From Escherichia phage EP01, in the sequence record OM135583.1: 64,000 nucleotides of DNA, one strand, 5' to 3'. Position numbers and translations under genes: made by a program. The notes below the pieces were generated by a model, which was given only the letters and a program-made list of their open reading frames with translations, was not told the DNA's origin and did not search any database. The first letter of the stretch is position 1, and the number at the start of each line of letters is the position of its first letter. This document shows, piece by piece, positions 51,297 to 62,337 of the stretch.

Positions 51297-54200
51297 ATGG
51301 CCGAGATTAAAAGAAAGTTCAGAGCAGAAGACGGTCTGGACGCAGGTGGCGATAAAATAATCAACGTAGCTTTAGCTGATCGTACCGTAGGAACTGACGG
51401 TGTTAACGTTGATTACCTAATTCAAGAAAACACAGTTCAACAATACGATCCAACTCGTGGATATTTAAAAGATTTTGTAATCATTTATGATAACCGCTTT
51501 TGGGCTGCTATAAATGATATTCCAAAACCGGCAGGAACTTTTAATAGTGGACGCTGGAGAGCATTGCGTACTGATGCTAACTGGATCACAGTTTCATCTG
51601 GTTCATATCAATTAAAATCCGGTGAAGCTATTTCGGTTAACACTGCAGCTGGTAATGATATTACATTTACTTTACCATCTTCCCCAATTGACGGTGACAC
51701 TATCGTTCTCCAAGATATTGGAGGAAAACCTGGAGTTAACCAAGTTTTAATTGTAGCTCCGGTGCAAAGTATTGTAAACTTCAGAGGCGAACAAGTACGT
51801 TCAGTACTAATGACTCATCCAAAGTCACAGTTAGTTTTAATTTTTAGTAATCGTCTGTGGCAAATGTATGTTGCTGATTATAGTAGAGAAGCTGTAATTG
51901 CAACACCAGCGAATACTTATCAAGCGCAATCTAACGATTTTATCGTACGTAGATTTACTTCTGCTGCACCGATTAATATTAAACTTCCGAGATTTGCCAA
52001 TCACGGCGATATTATTAATTTCGTCGATTTAGATAAACTAAATCCGCTTTATCATACAATTGTTACTACATACGATGAAACTACTTCAATACAAGAAGAT
52101 GGAACTCATTCTATTGAAGGCCGTACATCGATTGACGGTTTCTTGATGTATGATGATAATGAAAAATTGTGGAGATTGTTTGACGGGGATAATAAAGCAC
52201 GTTTACGTATTATAACAACTAATTCAAATATTCGTCCAAATGAAGAAGTTATGGTATTTGGTGCGAATAACGGAACAGCTCAGACAATTGAGCTTAAGCT
52301 TCCAACTAATATTTCTGTTGGTGATACTGTTAAAATTTCCATGAATTACATGAAAAAAGGACAAACAGTTAAAATCAAAGCTGCTGGTGAAGATAAAATT
52401 GCTTCTTCAGTTCAATTGCTGCAATTCCCAAAACGTTCAGAGTATCCGCCTGAAGCTGAATGGGTGACTGTTCAAGAATTAGTTTTTAACGGTGAAACTA
52501 ATTATGTTCCAGTTTTAGAGCTTGCTTATATAGAAGATTCTGATGGAAAATATTGGGTTGTACAGCAAAACGTTCCAACCGTAGAAAGAGTTGATTCTTT
52601 AAATGATTCTACTAGAGCGAGATTAGGCGTAATTGCTTTAGCTACACAAGCTCAAGCTAACGTTGATTTAGAAAATTCTCCACAAAAAGAATTAGCAATT
52701 ACTCCAGAAACATTAGCTAATCGTACTGCTACAGAAACTCGCAGAGGTATCGCAAGAATAGCAACTACTGCCCAAGTGAATCAGAACACTACATTCTCTT
52801 TTGCTGATGATATTATCATTACTCCTAAAAAGCTGAATGAAAGAACTGCTACAGAAACTCGTAGAGGTGTTGCTGAAATTGCTACGCAACAGGAAACTAA
52901 TGCAGGTACTGATGATACTACAATCATCACTCCTAAAAAGCTTCAAGCTCGTCAAGGTTCTGAATCATTATCTGGTATTGTAACCTTTGTATCTACCGCA
53001 GGAGCTACTCCAGCTTCTAGTCGTGAATTAAATGGTACAAACGTTTATAATAAAAACACTAATAATTTAGTTGTTTCGCCTAAAGCTTTGGATCAGTATA
53101 AAGCTACTCCAACACAGCAAGGTGCAGTAATTTTAGCAGTTGAAAGTGAAGTAATTGCTGGACAGAGCCAAGAAGGATGGGCAAATGCGGTTGTAACACC
53201 AGAAACGTTACATAAAAAGACATCAACTGATGGAAGAATTGGTTTAATTGAAATTGCTACGCAAAGTGAAGTTAATACAGGAACTGATTATACTCGTGCA
53301 GTAACTCCTAAAACTTTAAATGACCGTATAGCAACTGAAAGTTTAAGTGGTATAGCTGAAATTGCTACACAAGTTGAATTCGACGCAGGCGTCGACGATA
53401 CTCGTATCTCTACACCATTAAAAATTAAAACTAGATTTAATAGTACTGATCGTACTTCTGTTGTTGCTCTATCTGGATTAGTTGAATCAGGAACTCTCTG
53501 GGACCATTATACCCTTAATATTCTTGAAGCAAATGAGACACAACGTGGTACACTTCGTGTGGCTACGCAAGTTGAAGCTGCTGCAGGAACATTAGATAAC
53601 GTTCTAATAACTCCTAAAAAGCTTTTAGGTACTAAATCTACCGAATCGCAAGAAGGTGTTATTAAAGTTGCAACTCAGTCTGAAACTGTAACTGGAACGT
53701 CAGCAAATACTGCTGTATCTCCAAAAAATTTAAAATGGATTGCGCAGAGTGAACCTACTTGGGCAGCTACTACTGCGATAAGAGGTTTTGTTAAAACTTC
53801 ATCTGGTTCAATTACATTCGTTGGTAATGATACAGTTGGTTCTACACAGAGCTTAGAGCTATACGAGAAAAATAGCTATGCAGTATCACCATATGAATTA
53901 AACCGTGTATTAGCAAATTATTTGCCGTTAAAAGCAAAAGCTGCTGATACAAATTTATTGGATGGTCTAGATTCATCCCAGTTCATTCGTAGGGATATTG
54001 TACAGACGGTTAATGGTTCACTAACCTTAACCCAACAAACGAATCTGAGTGCCCCTCTTGTATCATCTAGTACTGCTACGTTTGGTGGATCAGTTTCGGC
54101 AAATAGTACATTAACTATTTCTAACTCTGGAACAGCAACTCGTCTGATTTTCGAAAAAGGTCCTGCATCTGGGGCAAATCCTGCACAGTCAATGAGTATT

Positions 54201-55166
54201 CGTGTATGGGGTAACCAATTTGGCGGCGGTAGTGATACGACTCGTTCGACAGTGTTTGAAGTTGGCGATGAAACATCTCATCACTTTTATTCTCAACGTA
54301 ATAAAGACGGTAATATAGCGTTTAGCATTAATGGTACTGTAATGCCAATAAATGTTAATGCTTCCGGTTTGATGAATGTGAATGGCACTGCAACATTCGG
54401 TCGTTCAGTTACAGCCAATGGTGAATTTATCAGCAAGTCTGCAAATGCTTTCAGAGCAATAAATGGTAATTATGGATTCTTTATTCGCAATGATTCTGCT
54501 AATATCTATTTTCTGCTAACTAATTCAGGTGACCAGACAGGTGGTTTTAATGGATTACGTCCTTTAGCTATTAATAATGCCTCCGGTTTAGTAACTATTG
54601 CCGAAGGTCTTGTTATTGCTAAAGGAGCTACTATTAACTCCGGTGGTTTAACTGTTAACTCGAGAATTCGTTCTCAGGGCATTAAAACTGCTGACCTATA
54701 TACCCGTGCACCGACATCTGATACTGTAGGATTCTGGTCAATTGACATTAATGATTCAGCTACTTATAACCAGTTCCCAGGTTATTTTAAAATGGTTGAA
54801 AAAACTAATGAAGTGACTGGACTTCCATACTTAGAACGTGGAGAAGAGGTTAAATCTCCTGGTACATTGACTCAATTTGGTAATACACTTGATTCTCTTT
54901 ACCAAGATTGGATTACTTATCCAACAACTCCAGAAGCGCGTACCACTCGCTGGACGCGTACATGGCAGAAAACCAAAAACTCCTGGTCAAGTTTTGTTCA
55001 GGTATTTGATGGAGGTAACCCTCCTCAGCCGTCTGATATTGGTGCTTTACCATCTGATAATGCTACAATGGGGAATCTTACTATTCGTGATTTCTTACGA
55101 ATTGGTAATGTTCGCATTGTTCCTGACCCAGTGAATAAATCTGTTAAATTTGAATGGGTTGAATAA
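51297..55166 (+). CDS. 34: long tail fibre proximal subunit, 1289 aa
   Basis: Length identical to T4 gp34; internal ~40-aa repeats; TATAAATA at 51255-51262. Confidence 0.95.
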   Translation: MAEIKRKFRAEDGLDAGGDKIINVALADRTVGTDGVNVDYLIQENTVQQYDPTRGYLKDFVIIYDNRFWAAINDIPKPAGTFNSGRWRALRTDANWITVSSGSYQLKSGEAISVNTAAGNDITFTLPSSPIDGDTIVLQDIGGKPGVNQVLIVAPVQSIVNFRGEQVRSVLMTHPKSQLVLIFSNRLWQMYVADYSREAVIATPANTYQAQSNDFIVRRFTSAAPINIKLPRFANHGDIINFVDLDKLNPLYHTIVTTYDETTSIQEDGTHSIEGRTSIDGFLMYDDNEKLWRLFDGDNKARLRIITTNSNIRPNEEVMVFGANNGTAQTIELKLPTNISVGDTVKISMNYMKKGQTVKIKAAGEDKIASSVQLLQFPKRSEYPPEAEWVTVQELVFNGETNYVPVLELAYIEDSDGKYWVVQQNVPTVERVDSLNDSTRARLGVIALATQAQANVDLENSPQKELAITPETLANRTATETRRGIARIATTAQVNQNTTFSFADDIIITPKKLNERTATETRRGVAEIATQQETNAGTDDTTIITPKKLQARQGSESLSGIVTFVSTAGATPASSRELNGTNVYNKNTNNLVVSPKALDQYKATPTQQGAVILAVESEVIAGQSQEGWANAVVTPETLHKKTSTDGRIGLIEIATQSEVNTGTDYTRAVTPKTLNDRIATESLSGIAEIATQVEFDAGVDDTRISTPLKIKTRFNSTDRTSVVALSGLVESGTLWDHYTLNILEANETQRGTLRVATQVEAAAGTLDNVLITPKKLLGTKSTESQEGVIKVATQSETVTGTSANTAVSPKNLKWIAQSEPTWAATTAIRGFVKTSSGSITFVGNDTVGSTQSLELYEKNSYAVSPYELNRVLANYLPLKAKAADTNLLDGLDSSQFIRRDIVQTVNGSLTLTQQTNLSAPLVSSSTATFGGSVSANSTLTISNSGTATRLIFEKGPASGANPAQSMSIRVWGNQFGGGSDTTRSTVFEVGDETSHHFYSQRNKDGNIAFSINGTVMPINVNASGLMNVNGTATFGRSVTANGEFISKSANAFRAINGNYGFFIRNDSANIYFLLTNSGDQTGGFNGLRPLAINNASGLVTIAEGLVIAKGATINSGGLTVNSRIRSQGIKTADLYTRAPTSDTVGFWSIDINDSATYNQFPGYFKMVEKTNEVTGLPYLERGEEVKSPGTLTQFGNTLDSLYQDWITYPTTPEARTTRWTRTWQKTKNSWSSFVQVFDGGNPPQPSDIGALPSDNATMGNLTIRDFLRIGNVRIVPDPVNKSVKFEWVE

Positions 55167-55174
55167 GAGGTATT

Positions 55175-56293
55175 ATGGAAAAATTTATGGCAGAGTTTGG
55201 ACAAGGATATGTCCAAACGCCGTTTTTATCGGAAAGTAATTCAGTAAGATACAAAATAAGTATAGCGGGTTCTTGCCCGCTTTCTACTGCAGAAGGACCA
55301 TACGTTAAATTTCAGGATAATCCTGTTGGAAGTCAAACATTTAGCACAGGACTTCATTTAAGAGTTTTTGACCCTTCCACCGGAGCATTAGTTGATAGTA
55401 AGTCATATGCTTTTTCGACTTCAAATGATACTACATCAGCTGCTTTTGTTAGTTTCATGAATTCTTTGACGAATAATAGACTTGTTGCTATATTAACTAA
55501 CGGAAAAGTTAATTTTCCTCCTGAAGTAGTATCTTGGATAAGAACCGCAGGAACGTCTGCTTTTCCATCTGATTCTATATTGTCAAGATTTGACGTATCA
55601 TATGCTGCTTTTTACACTTCTTCTAAAAGAGCTATTGCATTAGAACATGTTAAACTAAGTAATAGAAAAAGCACAGATGACTATCAAACTATTTTAGATG
55701 TTGTATTTGATAGTTTAGAAGACGTTGGAGCTACAGGATTTCCTAAAAGAACATACGAAAGTGTTGATCAATTTATGTCGGCAGTTGGCGGAACTAATAA
55801 CGAAATTGCGCGATTGCCAACTTCAGCTGCTATAAGTAAACTCTCTGATTATAATTTAATTCCTGGCGATGTGCTTTATCTTAAAGCTCAATTATATGCC
55901 GATGCTGATTTACTTGCGCTTGGAACCACAAATATATCTATCCGTTTTTATAACGCATCTAATGGATATATTTCCTCGACACAAGCTGAGTTTACCGGAC
56001 AAGCTGGGTCTTGGGAATTAAAGGAAGATTATGTAGTTGTTCCAGAAAACGCTGTGGGATTTACGATATACGCGCAAAGAACTGCACAAGCTGGTCAAGG
56101 TGGCATGAGAAATTTAAGTTTTTCTGAAGTGTCAAGAAATGGTAGTATTTCGAAACCTGCTGAATTTGGTGTCAACGGTATTCGAGTTAATTATGTCTGT
56201 GAATCCGCTTCACCTCCGGATATAATGATACTTCCTACACAAGCATCGTCTAAAACCGGTAAAGTGTTTGGGCAAGAATTTAGAGAAGTATAA
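55175..56293 (+). CDS. 35: long tail fibre hinge protein, 372 aa
   Basis: Size and synteny as T4 gp35; AAGAGG SD. Confidence 0.9.
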   Translation: MEKFMAEFGQGYVQTPFLSESNSVRYKISIAGSCPLSTAEGPYVKFQDNPVGSQTFSTGLHLRVFDPSTGALVDSKSYAFSTSNDTTSAAFVSFMNSLTNNRLVAILTNGKVNFPPEVVSWIRTAGTSAFPSDSILSRFDVSYAAFYTSSKRAIALEHVKLSNRKSTDDYQTILDVVFDSLEDVGATGFPKRTYESVDQFMSAVGGTNNEIARLPTSAAISKLSDYNLIPGDVLYLKAQLYADADLLALGTTNISIRFYNASNGYISSTQAEFTGQAGSWELKEDYVVVPENAVGFTIYAQRTAQAGQGGMRNLSFSEVSRNGSISKPAEFGVNGIRVNYVCESASPPDIMILPTQASSKTGKVFGQEFREV

Positions 56294-56298
56294 ATTGA

Positions 56299-56316
56299 GG
56301 GAGCCTTCGGGTTCCC
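56299..56316 (+). terminator. intrinsic terminator after gene 35
   Basis: GGGAGCC, TTCG loop, GGTTCCC (one G-U pair), then TTTTTCTTT. Confidence 0.65.
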
Positions 56317-56324
56317 TTTTTCTT

Positions 56325-56332
56325 TATAAATA
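56325..56332 (+). promoter_or_regulatory. late promoter TATAAATA for genes 36-37
   Basis: Exact 8-mer 24 nt upstream of gene 36 ATG. Confidence 0.65.
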
Positions 56333-56355
56333 CTATTAAAATAAAGGGGCATACA

Positions 56356-57015
56356 ATGGCTGATTTAAAAGTAGGTTCAACAACTGGGGGCTCTGTCATT
56401 TGGCATCAAGGAAATTTTCCATTGAATCCAGCCGGTGACGATGTACTCTATAAATCATTTAAAATATATTCAGAATATAATAAACCACAAGCGGCTGATA
56501 ACGATTTCGTTTCTAAAGCTAATGGTGGGACATATCTCAAAAAGGTAATCTTTAACGAAGGCGTTGCAGTCAAAACAGCAGATAACCAAAAGAATGGTAT
56601 TTTTCCTGGTAACGGTGATGCAGCTACTTTTGCTATGGCAAATATTGACATCGTTTCGTGGAATGGTATTGGTTTTAAATCATCACAAGGTTCAGCAGAC
56701 CGAACTGTTGTAATTAATTCACGTAATGGTGATATTAGTACAAAAGGCGTTGTGACAGCAGTAGGTCAAATAAGAAGTAATGCAGTTTCTCCTGTATCAG
56801 CAAATGACCTTACTAGAAAGGACTATGTTGATGGAGCAATAAATACTGTTACGGCAAATGCGAACTCTAGAGTGTTACGATCTGGCGACACTATGACGGG
56901 AAACTTAACCGCACCAAACTTTTTCTCGCAGAATCCTGCATCTCAACCTTCACACGTTCCGCGATTTGACCAAATCGTAATTAAGGATTCTGTTCAAGAT
57001 TTCGGCTATTATTAA
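56356..57015 (+). CDS. 36: long tail fibre distal connector, 219 aa
   Basis: Size and synteny as T4 gp36; TATAAATA at 56325-56332. Confidence 0.9.
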   Translation: MADLKVGSTTGGSVIWHQGNFPLNPAGDDVLYKSFKIYSEYNKPQAADNDFVSKANGGTYLKKVIFNEGVAVKTADNQKNGIFPGNGDAATFAMANIDIVSWNGIGFKSSQGSADRTVVINSRNGDISTKGVVTAVGQIRSNAVSPVSANDLTRKDYVDGAINTVTANANSRVLRSGDTMTGNLTAPNFFSQNPASQPSHVPRFDQIVIKDSVQDFGYY

Positions 57016-57023
57016 GAGGACTT

Positions 57024-60000
57024 ATGGCTACTTTAAAACAAATACAATTTAAAAGAAGCAAAACCGCAGGTGCACGTCCTGCTGCTTCAGTATTAGCCGA
57101 AGGTGAATTGGCTATAAACTTAAAAGATAGAACAATTTTTACTAAAGATGATTCAGGAAATATCATTGATTTAGGCTTTGCTAAAGGCGGGCAAGTTGAT
57201 GGAAATGTGACTATCAATGGACTTTTGAAATTAAACGGCGATTATGTACAAACTGGTGGAATGACCGTAAATGGACCTATTGGTTCTACTGAAGGCATAA
57301 CTGCAAAAGTTTTCAGATCTACACAAGGTTCATTTTATACAAGAGCATCAAACGATGCCTCAAATGCCCATTTATGGTTTGAAAATGCCGATGGTACTGA
57401 ACGAGGCGTTATATATGCTCGTCCTCAAACTACAACCGATGGTGAAATACGTCTTAGAGTTAGACAAGGCACAGGTAGCACTGTAAATAGCGAATTCTAT
57501 TTCCGTTCTATTAATGGAGGTGAATTCCAGGCGGCTCGAGTAATTGCTACTACTTCGATGCATACTCCATCTGTAGTTGTTAATACAGTTAACCATGATT
57601 CTAAAACGTTTGGTCAATATGATAGCCAATCGTTAGTTAACTACGTATACCCAGGCACCGGTGAAACAAATGGTATAAACTATCTTCGTAAAGTTCGAGC
57701 TAAATCAGGCGGAACTATTTACCATGAAATCGCTTCAGCTCAAACTGGTAAGAATGATGAAATTTCTTGGTGGACCGGAAATACACTTACTACTAAATTA
57801 ATGGGTCTTCGTAATGATGGCGCAATGGTATTACGTCGTTCACTTGCTATTGGCACAATTACCACTGATGAAAATACTAACAACTATGGTTCTCCTACTC
57901 CAATGGGAGAAAGATATATTGCTTTGGGTGATGCTGCCACTGGTTTAAAATACATTAAGCAGGGCGTTTATGATTTAGTAGGTAATTGGAATTCTGTCGC
58001 ATCTATTACTCCAGATAGTTTCCGTAGTACTCGTAGAGGTATATTTGGACGTTCAGAAGACCAAGGCACCACATGGATTATGCCTGGAAACAACGCCGCG
58101 TTTTTATCGGTTCAAACACAAGCTGATGGAAACACTGCTGGAGACGGCCAGACACATATTGGCTATAACTCAGGCGGTAAAATGAACCACTATTTCCGTG
58201 GTAAAGGCAAAACTAATATTAATACTCAGGAAGGTGTAGACGTTAACCCGGGTATTTTAAAATTAACAACTGGTGCTAACAGTATTAGCTTTAACGCTGC
58301 AACAGGTAATATTGATTCTACATTAGCCTTTCGTCTTAATAAAGGCATAATTATTGATGGGCCTGATAATCAGGGATTCCAGTTTAACGCACCGACGGCT
58401 GCAGATGGTACTAGAAGTATATACTGGAATAGTGGCACACGCCCAGGTCAAAACAAAAGCCCTGTTACGGTTAAGGCATGGGGAAGTGCGTACAGCACAG
58501 GAGATAAATCTCGTGAAACTGTGTTTGAAGTTGGTGATGGGCAAGGATATTACTTTTATGCGCAGCGTGTAGCTCCCGATTCAGGATCTACTGTCGGACG
58601 AATTCAATTTAGAATTGCTGGAGCATTATTAACCGGTGGTATTACATCATCCGGCTCGATTGTTACAGAATCAAGTTTAGTTGCGAATAATGGATTATCT
58701 GTAAATGGTCAAGCCAAATTTGGCGGAACAGCAAACGCACTGAGAATTTGGAATGCTGAATATGGTGCCATTTTCCGTCGTTCGGAAAATAACTTTTATA
58801 TTATTCCAACCAATCAAAATGAAGGCGAAAGTGGAGACATTCACAGCTCTTTGAGACCTGTGAGAATAGGATTAAATGATGGTATGGTTGGATTAGGAAG
58901 AGATTCTTTTATAGTAGATCAAAATAATGCTTTAACTACGATAAACAGTAACTCTCGCATTAATGCCAACTTTAGAATGCAATTAGGTCAGGCTGCATAC
59001 ATTGATGCAGAATGTACTGATGCTGTTCGCCCGGCTGGCGCGGGTTCATTTGCTTCGCAAAATAATGAAAACGTTCGTGCTCCATTCTATATGAACATTG
59101 ATCGTACAGATACAAGTACTTACGTTCCCATTTTAAAACAACGATATGTTCAAGGAAATAGTTGTTATTCTTTAGGTACTTTAATAAATGGCGGTGACTT
59201 CAGAGTTCAATACCATGAAGGTGGAGATAATAATTCAACAGGTCCTTTAATTAAAGACTTTGGATGGGAATTCCGTCGTACTGGTGACTTCCGCGTACCT
59301 GGTAAAATTATTGCCGGTGCTGCTACTCTTGACACTGATGGTAATATTACGGGTGGTTCAGGAAACTTTGCTAACTTAAACAGTACAATTGAATCACTTA
59401 AAACTGATATTGTTTCAAGTTATCCTATTGGAGCTCCAATTCCATGGCCAACGGATACACCTCCTGAAGGTTATGCAATAATGGAAGGTCAGACTTTTGA
59501 TAAGTCTGCATATCCAAAGTTAGCTGCGGTGTATCCTTCCGGCGCTCTGCCTGATATGCGTGGTCAAACTATCAAGGGTAAACCAAGTGGTCGCGCAGTG
59601 TTGAGCGCTGAGGCAGATGGTGTTAAGGCTCATAGCCATAGTGCATCTGCTTCAAGTACTGACTTAGGCACTAAAACCACATCAAGCTTTGACTATGGTA
59701 CGAAGGGAACTAATACTACTGGTGGCCACACACACTCTGGTAGTGGTTCTACTAGCGCAAATGGTGAGCACAGCCACTACATGGAGGCATGGAGTGGTAC
59801 TGGTAAAGGTGGTAATCTGATGTCATCATATGCCGTAGCATATAGGGCTGGTGGGACTAACACTAATGCAGCAGGGAACCACAGCCACACTTTCTCTTTT
59901 GGGACTAGCGGTGCTGGCGACCATTCCCACTCTGTAGGTATTGGTGCTCACAGCCACACGGTAGCGATTGGTTCGCATGGTCATACTATCACTGTAAATA

Positions 60001-60065
60001 GTACAGGTAATACAGAAAACACGGTTAAAAACATTGCTTTTAACTATATCGTTCGTTTAGCATAA
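57024..60065 (+). CDS. 37: long tail fibre distal subunit / receptor-recognising tip, 1013 aa
   Basis: C-terminal His-rich HxH repeats and terminal NYIVRLA as in T4-type gp37; AAGAGGA SD. Confidence 0.93.
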   Translation: MATLKQIQFKRSKTAGARPAASVLAEGELAINLKDRTIFTKDDSGNIIDLGFAKGGQVDGNVTINGLLKLNGDYVQTGGMTVNGPIGSTEGITAKVFRSTQGSFYTRASNDASNAHLWFENADGTERGVIYARPQTTTDGEIRLRVRQGTGSTVNSEFYFRSINGGEFQAARVIATTSMHTPSVVVNTVNHDSKTFGQYDSQSLVNYVYPGTGETNGINYLRKVRAKSGGTIYHEIASAQTGKNDEISWWTGNTLTTKLMGLRNDGAMVLRRSLAIGTITTDENTNNYGSPTPMGERYIALGDAATGLKYIKQGVYDLVGNWNSVASITPDSFRSTRRGIFGRSEDQGTTWIMPGNNAAFLSVQTQADGNTAGDGQTHIGYNSGGKMNHYFRGKGKTNINTQEGVDVNPGILKLTTGANSISFNAATGNIDSTLAFRLNKGIIIDGPDNQGFQFNAPTAADGTRSIYWNSGTRPGQNKSPVTVKAWGSAYSTGDKSRETVFEVGDGQGYYFYAQRVAPDSGSTVGRIQFRIAGALLTGGITSSGSIVTESSLVANNGLSVNGQAKFGGTANALRIWNAEYGAIFRRSENNFYIIPTNQNEGESGDIHSSLRPVRIGLNDGMVGLGRDSFIVDQNNALTTINSNSRINANFRMQLGQAAYIDAECTDAVRPAGAGSFASQNNENVRAPFYMNIDRTDTSTYVPILKQRYVQGNSCYSLGTLINGGDFRVQYHEGGDNNSTGPLIKDFGWEFRRTGDFRVPGKIIAGAATLDTDGNITGGSGNFANLNSTIESLKTDIVSSYPIGAPIPWPTDTPPEGYAIMEGQTFDKSAYPKLAAVYPSGALPDMRGQTIKGKPSGRAVLSAEADGVKAHSHSASASSTDLGTKTTSSFDYGTKGTNTTGGHTHSGSGSTSANGEHSHYMEAWSGTGKGGNLMSSYAVAYRAGGTNTNAAGNHSHTFSFGTSGAGDHSHSVGIGAHSHTVAIGSHGHTITVNSTGNTENTVKNIAFNYIVRLA

Positions 60066-60069
60066 GGAG

Positions 60070-60085
60070 AGGGGCTTCGGCCCCT
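60070..60085 (+). terminator. hairpin with UUCG tetraloop after gene 37
   Basis: AGGGGC, TTCG loop, GCCCCT, 5 nt past stop. Confidence 0.55.
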
Positions 60086-60092
60086 TCTAAAT

Positions 60093-60644
60093 ATGAAAAT
60101 CTATCATTATTATTTTGACACTAAAGAATTTTACAAAGAAGAAAATTACAAACCGATTAAAGGTCTTGGTCTTCCTGCTCATTCAACAATTAAAAAACCT
60201 TTAGACCCTAAAGAAGGCTATGCTGTTGTATTTGATGAACGTATTCAGGATTGGGTTTATAAAGAAGACCATCGCGGTAAACGAGCATGGACTTTTAATA
60301 AAGAAGAAATTTTTATAAGTGACATTGGAAGCCCGGTTGGTATAACTTTTGATGAACCCGGCGAATTTGATATATGGACTGATGACGGTTGGAAAGAAGA
60401 CGAAACATATAAGCGAGTTTTAATTCGTAATAGAAAAATTGAAGAATTATATAAAGAGTTCCAAGTTTTAAATAATATGATTGAAGCTTCTGTCGCCAAT
60501 AAAAAGGAAAAATTTTATTATAAAAATCTTAAGCGGTTCTTTGCTCTTTTAGAAAAGCATGAGCATTTAGGTGGTGAATTCCCTGCATGGCCTGAAAAAG
60601 AACGGAAGCCTTGGTATAAGCGTTTATTCAAGCATTACGTATAA
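60093..60644 (+). CDS. 38: tail fibre assembly chaperone (T4 type), 183 aa
   Basis: Size and sequence as T4 gp38. Confidence 0.9.
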   Translation: MKIYHYYFDTKEFYKEENYKPIKGLGLPAHSTIKKPLDPKEGYAVVFDERIQDWVYKEDHRGKRAWTFNKEEIFISDIGSPVGITFDEPGEFDIWTDDGWKEDETYKRVLIRNRKIEELYKEFQVLNNMIEASVANKKEKFYYKNLKRFFALLEKHEHLGGEFPAWPEKERKPWYKRLFKHYV

Positions 60645-60647
60645 ATA
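60640..60647 (+). promoter_or_regulatory. late promoter TATAAATA for holin t
   Basis: Exact 8-mer 19 nt upstream of t ATG, inside last codons of gene 38. Confidence 0.6.
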
Positions 60648-60665
60648 TCTTAAAAAGGAGGGTCT

Positions 60666-61322
60666 ATGGCAGCACCTAGAATATCATTTTCGCCCTCTGA
60701 TATTCTGTTGGGTGTTCTAGATCGCTTGTTCAAAGATAACGCTACCGGGAAAGTTCTTGCTTCCCGGGTAGCTGTCGTAATTCTTTTGTTTATAATGGCG
60801 ATTGTTTGGTATAGGGGAGATAGTTTCTTTGAGTACTATAAGCAATCAAAGTATGAAACATACAGTGAAATTATTGAAAAGGAAAGAACTGCACGCTTTG
60901 AATCTGTCGCCCTGGAACAACTCCAGATAGTTCATATATCATCTGAGGCAGACTTTAGTGCGGTGTATTCTTTCCGCCCTAAAAACTTAAACTATTTTGT
61001 TGATATTATAGCATATGAAGGAAAATTACCTTCAACAATAAGCGAAAAATCACTTGGAGGATATCCTGTTGATAAAACTATGGATGAATATACAGTTCAT
61101 TTAAATGGACGTCATTATTATTCCGACTCAAAATTTGCTTTTTTACCAACTAAAAAGCCTACTCCTGAAATAAATTACATGTACAGTTGTCCATATTTCA
61201 ATTTGGATAATATCTATGCTGGAACAATAACCATGTACTGGTATAGAAATGATCATATAAGTAATGACCGCCTTGAATCAATATGTTCTCAGGCGGCCAG
61301 AATATTAGGAAGGGCTAAATAA
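60666..61322 (+). CDS. t: holin T, 218 aa
   Basis: Single TM (VAVVILLFIMAIVWY) with large C-terminal periplasmic domain; size and sequence as T4 T; TATAAATA at 60640-60647. Confidence 0.93.
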   Translation: MAAPRISFSPSDILLGVLDRLFKDNATGKVLASRVAVVILLFIMAIVWYRGDSFFEYYKQSKYETYSEIIEKERTARFESVALEQLQIVHISSEADFSAVYSFRPKNLNYFVDIIAYEGKLPSTISEKSLGGYPVDKTMDEYTVHLNGRHYYSDSKFAFLPTKKPTPEINYMYSCPYFNLDNIYAGTITMYWYRNDHISNDRLESICSQAARILGRAK

Positions 61323-61595
61323 TTATTTGTTTGTATACATCTCTAGATATCGATATACACCCTCAAAACCCTCGTTGAATTCGTCGATGAGGGTTTTCTT
61401 ATCTTCTTGGGTTAATTCAGAAACAATTTTACGGAATGAATTCTGATTCAACTTTCTACCTTCATGCGTTACTCCAATCTCATTCAGAAATGCGATAAAA
61501 TTAGCACGATTCTCAACAATATCTTCTCTGGAAAATTTAATCAAAATAGACGCAACAGTAATAATTTCACGAACTGTATCAATGTTTTTATTCAT
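61323..61595 (-). CDS. asiA: anti-sigma70 factor AsiA, 90 aa
   Basis: Sequence MNKNIDTVREIITVASILIKFSRE matches remembered T4 AsiA. Confidence 0.93.
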   Translation of the reverse strand: MNKNIDTVREIITVASILIKFSREDIVENRANFIAFLNEIGVTHEGRKLNQNSFRKIVSELTQEDKKTLIDEFNEGFEGVYRYLEMYTNK

Positions 61596-61607
61596 TAACT
61601 ACACCAC

Positions 61608-61760
61608 TCAATTAGTTGACTTTATTATAATATCATCAGACGCTTGATTTGTAAACTGGTCTGTGTTATTTTCTTCAAAAATTTTTTCTACGAATTCCTT
61701 GAACGACTCACGTTCCTGAGCTACATTATGCTCGATTACCTTTTCAAGATTATGACTCAT
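61608..61760 (-). CDS. possible small protein, 50 aa; absent from ORF track
   Basis: My translation: MSHNLEKVIEHNVAQERESFKEFVEKIFEENNTDQFTNQASDDIIIKSTN; ATG overlaps upstream stop (ATGA). Confidence 0.35.
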   Translation of the reverse strand: MSHNLEKVIEHNVAQERESFKEFVEKIFEENNTDQFTNQASDDIIIKSTN

Positions 61761-62035
61761 TCGAAATAATCTTCAATTTCGTAATCATGGACATAAATCA
61801 TTATAGTTTTTAATACATCATCAATACTTTTTCCTGGAGCTGGAATTACGTAAAAATATCCCGCCTTTGAGTTATCTTTATAAGTTCCAACCAAGAAATC
61901 ATTATTCTCAAGATGTAGTTCTTCAACTAATTCATCGACAATTGAGTGGTATAAATTTGGTAGAAACTTATATAGCTTTTCTAGAATGTCAATTTTGATT
62001 GTATATTGAACCACAGATTGAGAATCAATAATCAT
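61757..62035 (-). CDS. arn: hypothetical protein, 92 aa; size and position consistent with T4 Arn (McrBC inhibitor)
   Basis: Position adjacent to asiA and 92-aa length match my memory of T4 arn; sequence not independently verified. Confidence 0.5.
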   Translation of the reverse strand: MIIDSQSVVQYTIKIDILEKLYKFLPNLYHSIVDELVEELHLENNDFLVGTYKDNSKAGYFYVIPAPGKSIDDVLKTIMIYVHDYEIEDYFE

Positions 62036-62118
62036 AGACCTTCCCCTTATGTTTCTGTTTGCGATTAGATTCTTTAAACGCTTTCTTCTTATCTTTATGG
62101 ACAGAAGCTTTATTAAAA

Positions 62119-62337
62119 TTATGTTTTGCGACTAAATTGTTCATAGTGCTGAATTACCTCTCTTAAACATTTGCATGTGAATGAAAACTTTTTAGCTACA
62201 CCACATTCAAATATATGTTCTCTTAAATCACATGTGTCAGTATATCCCATCTCAACAATAAAATGCCGTATTAGATTTTTATCTTTATCATTGAGAGAGT
62301 TAAAATAATCGGATTTTGAATTAATTTCCCTGGCCAA
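62119..62337 (-). CDS. hypothetical protein, 72 aa
   Basis: Same-strand ORF in the asiA-motA array. Confidence 0.5.
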   Translation of the reverse strand: MAREINSKSDYFNSLNDKDKNLIRHFIVEMGYTDTCDLREHIFECGVAKKFSFTCKCLREVIQHYEQFSRKT

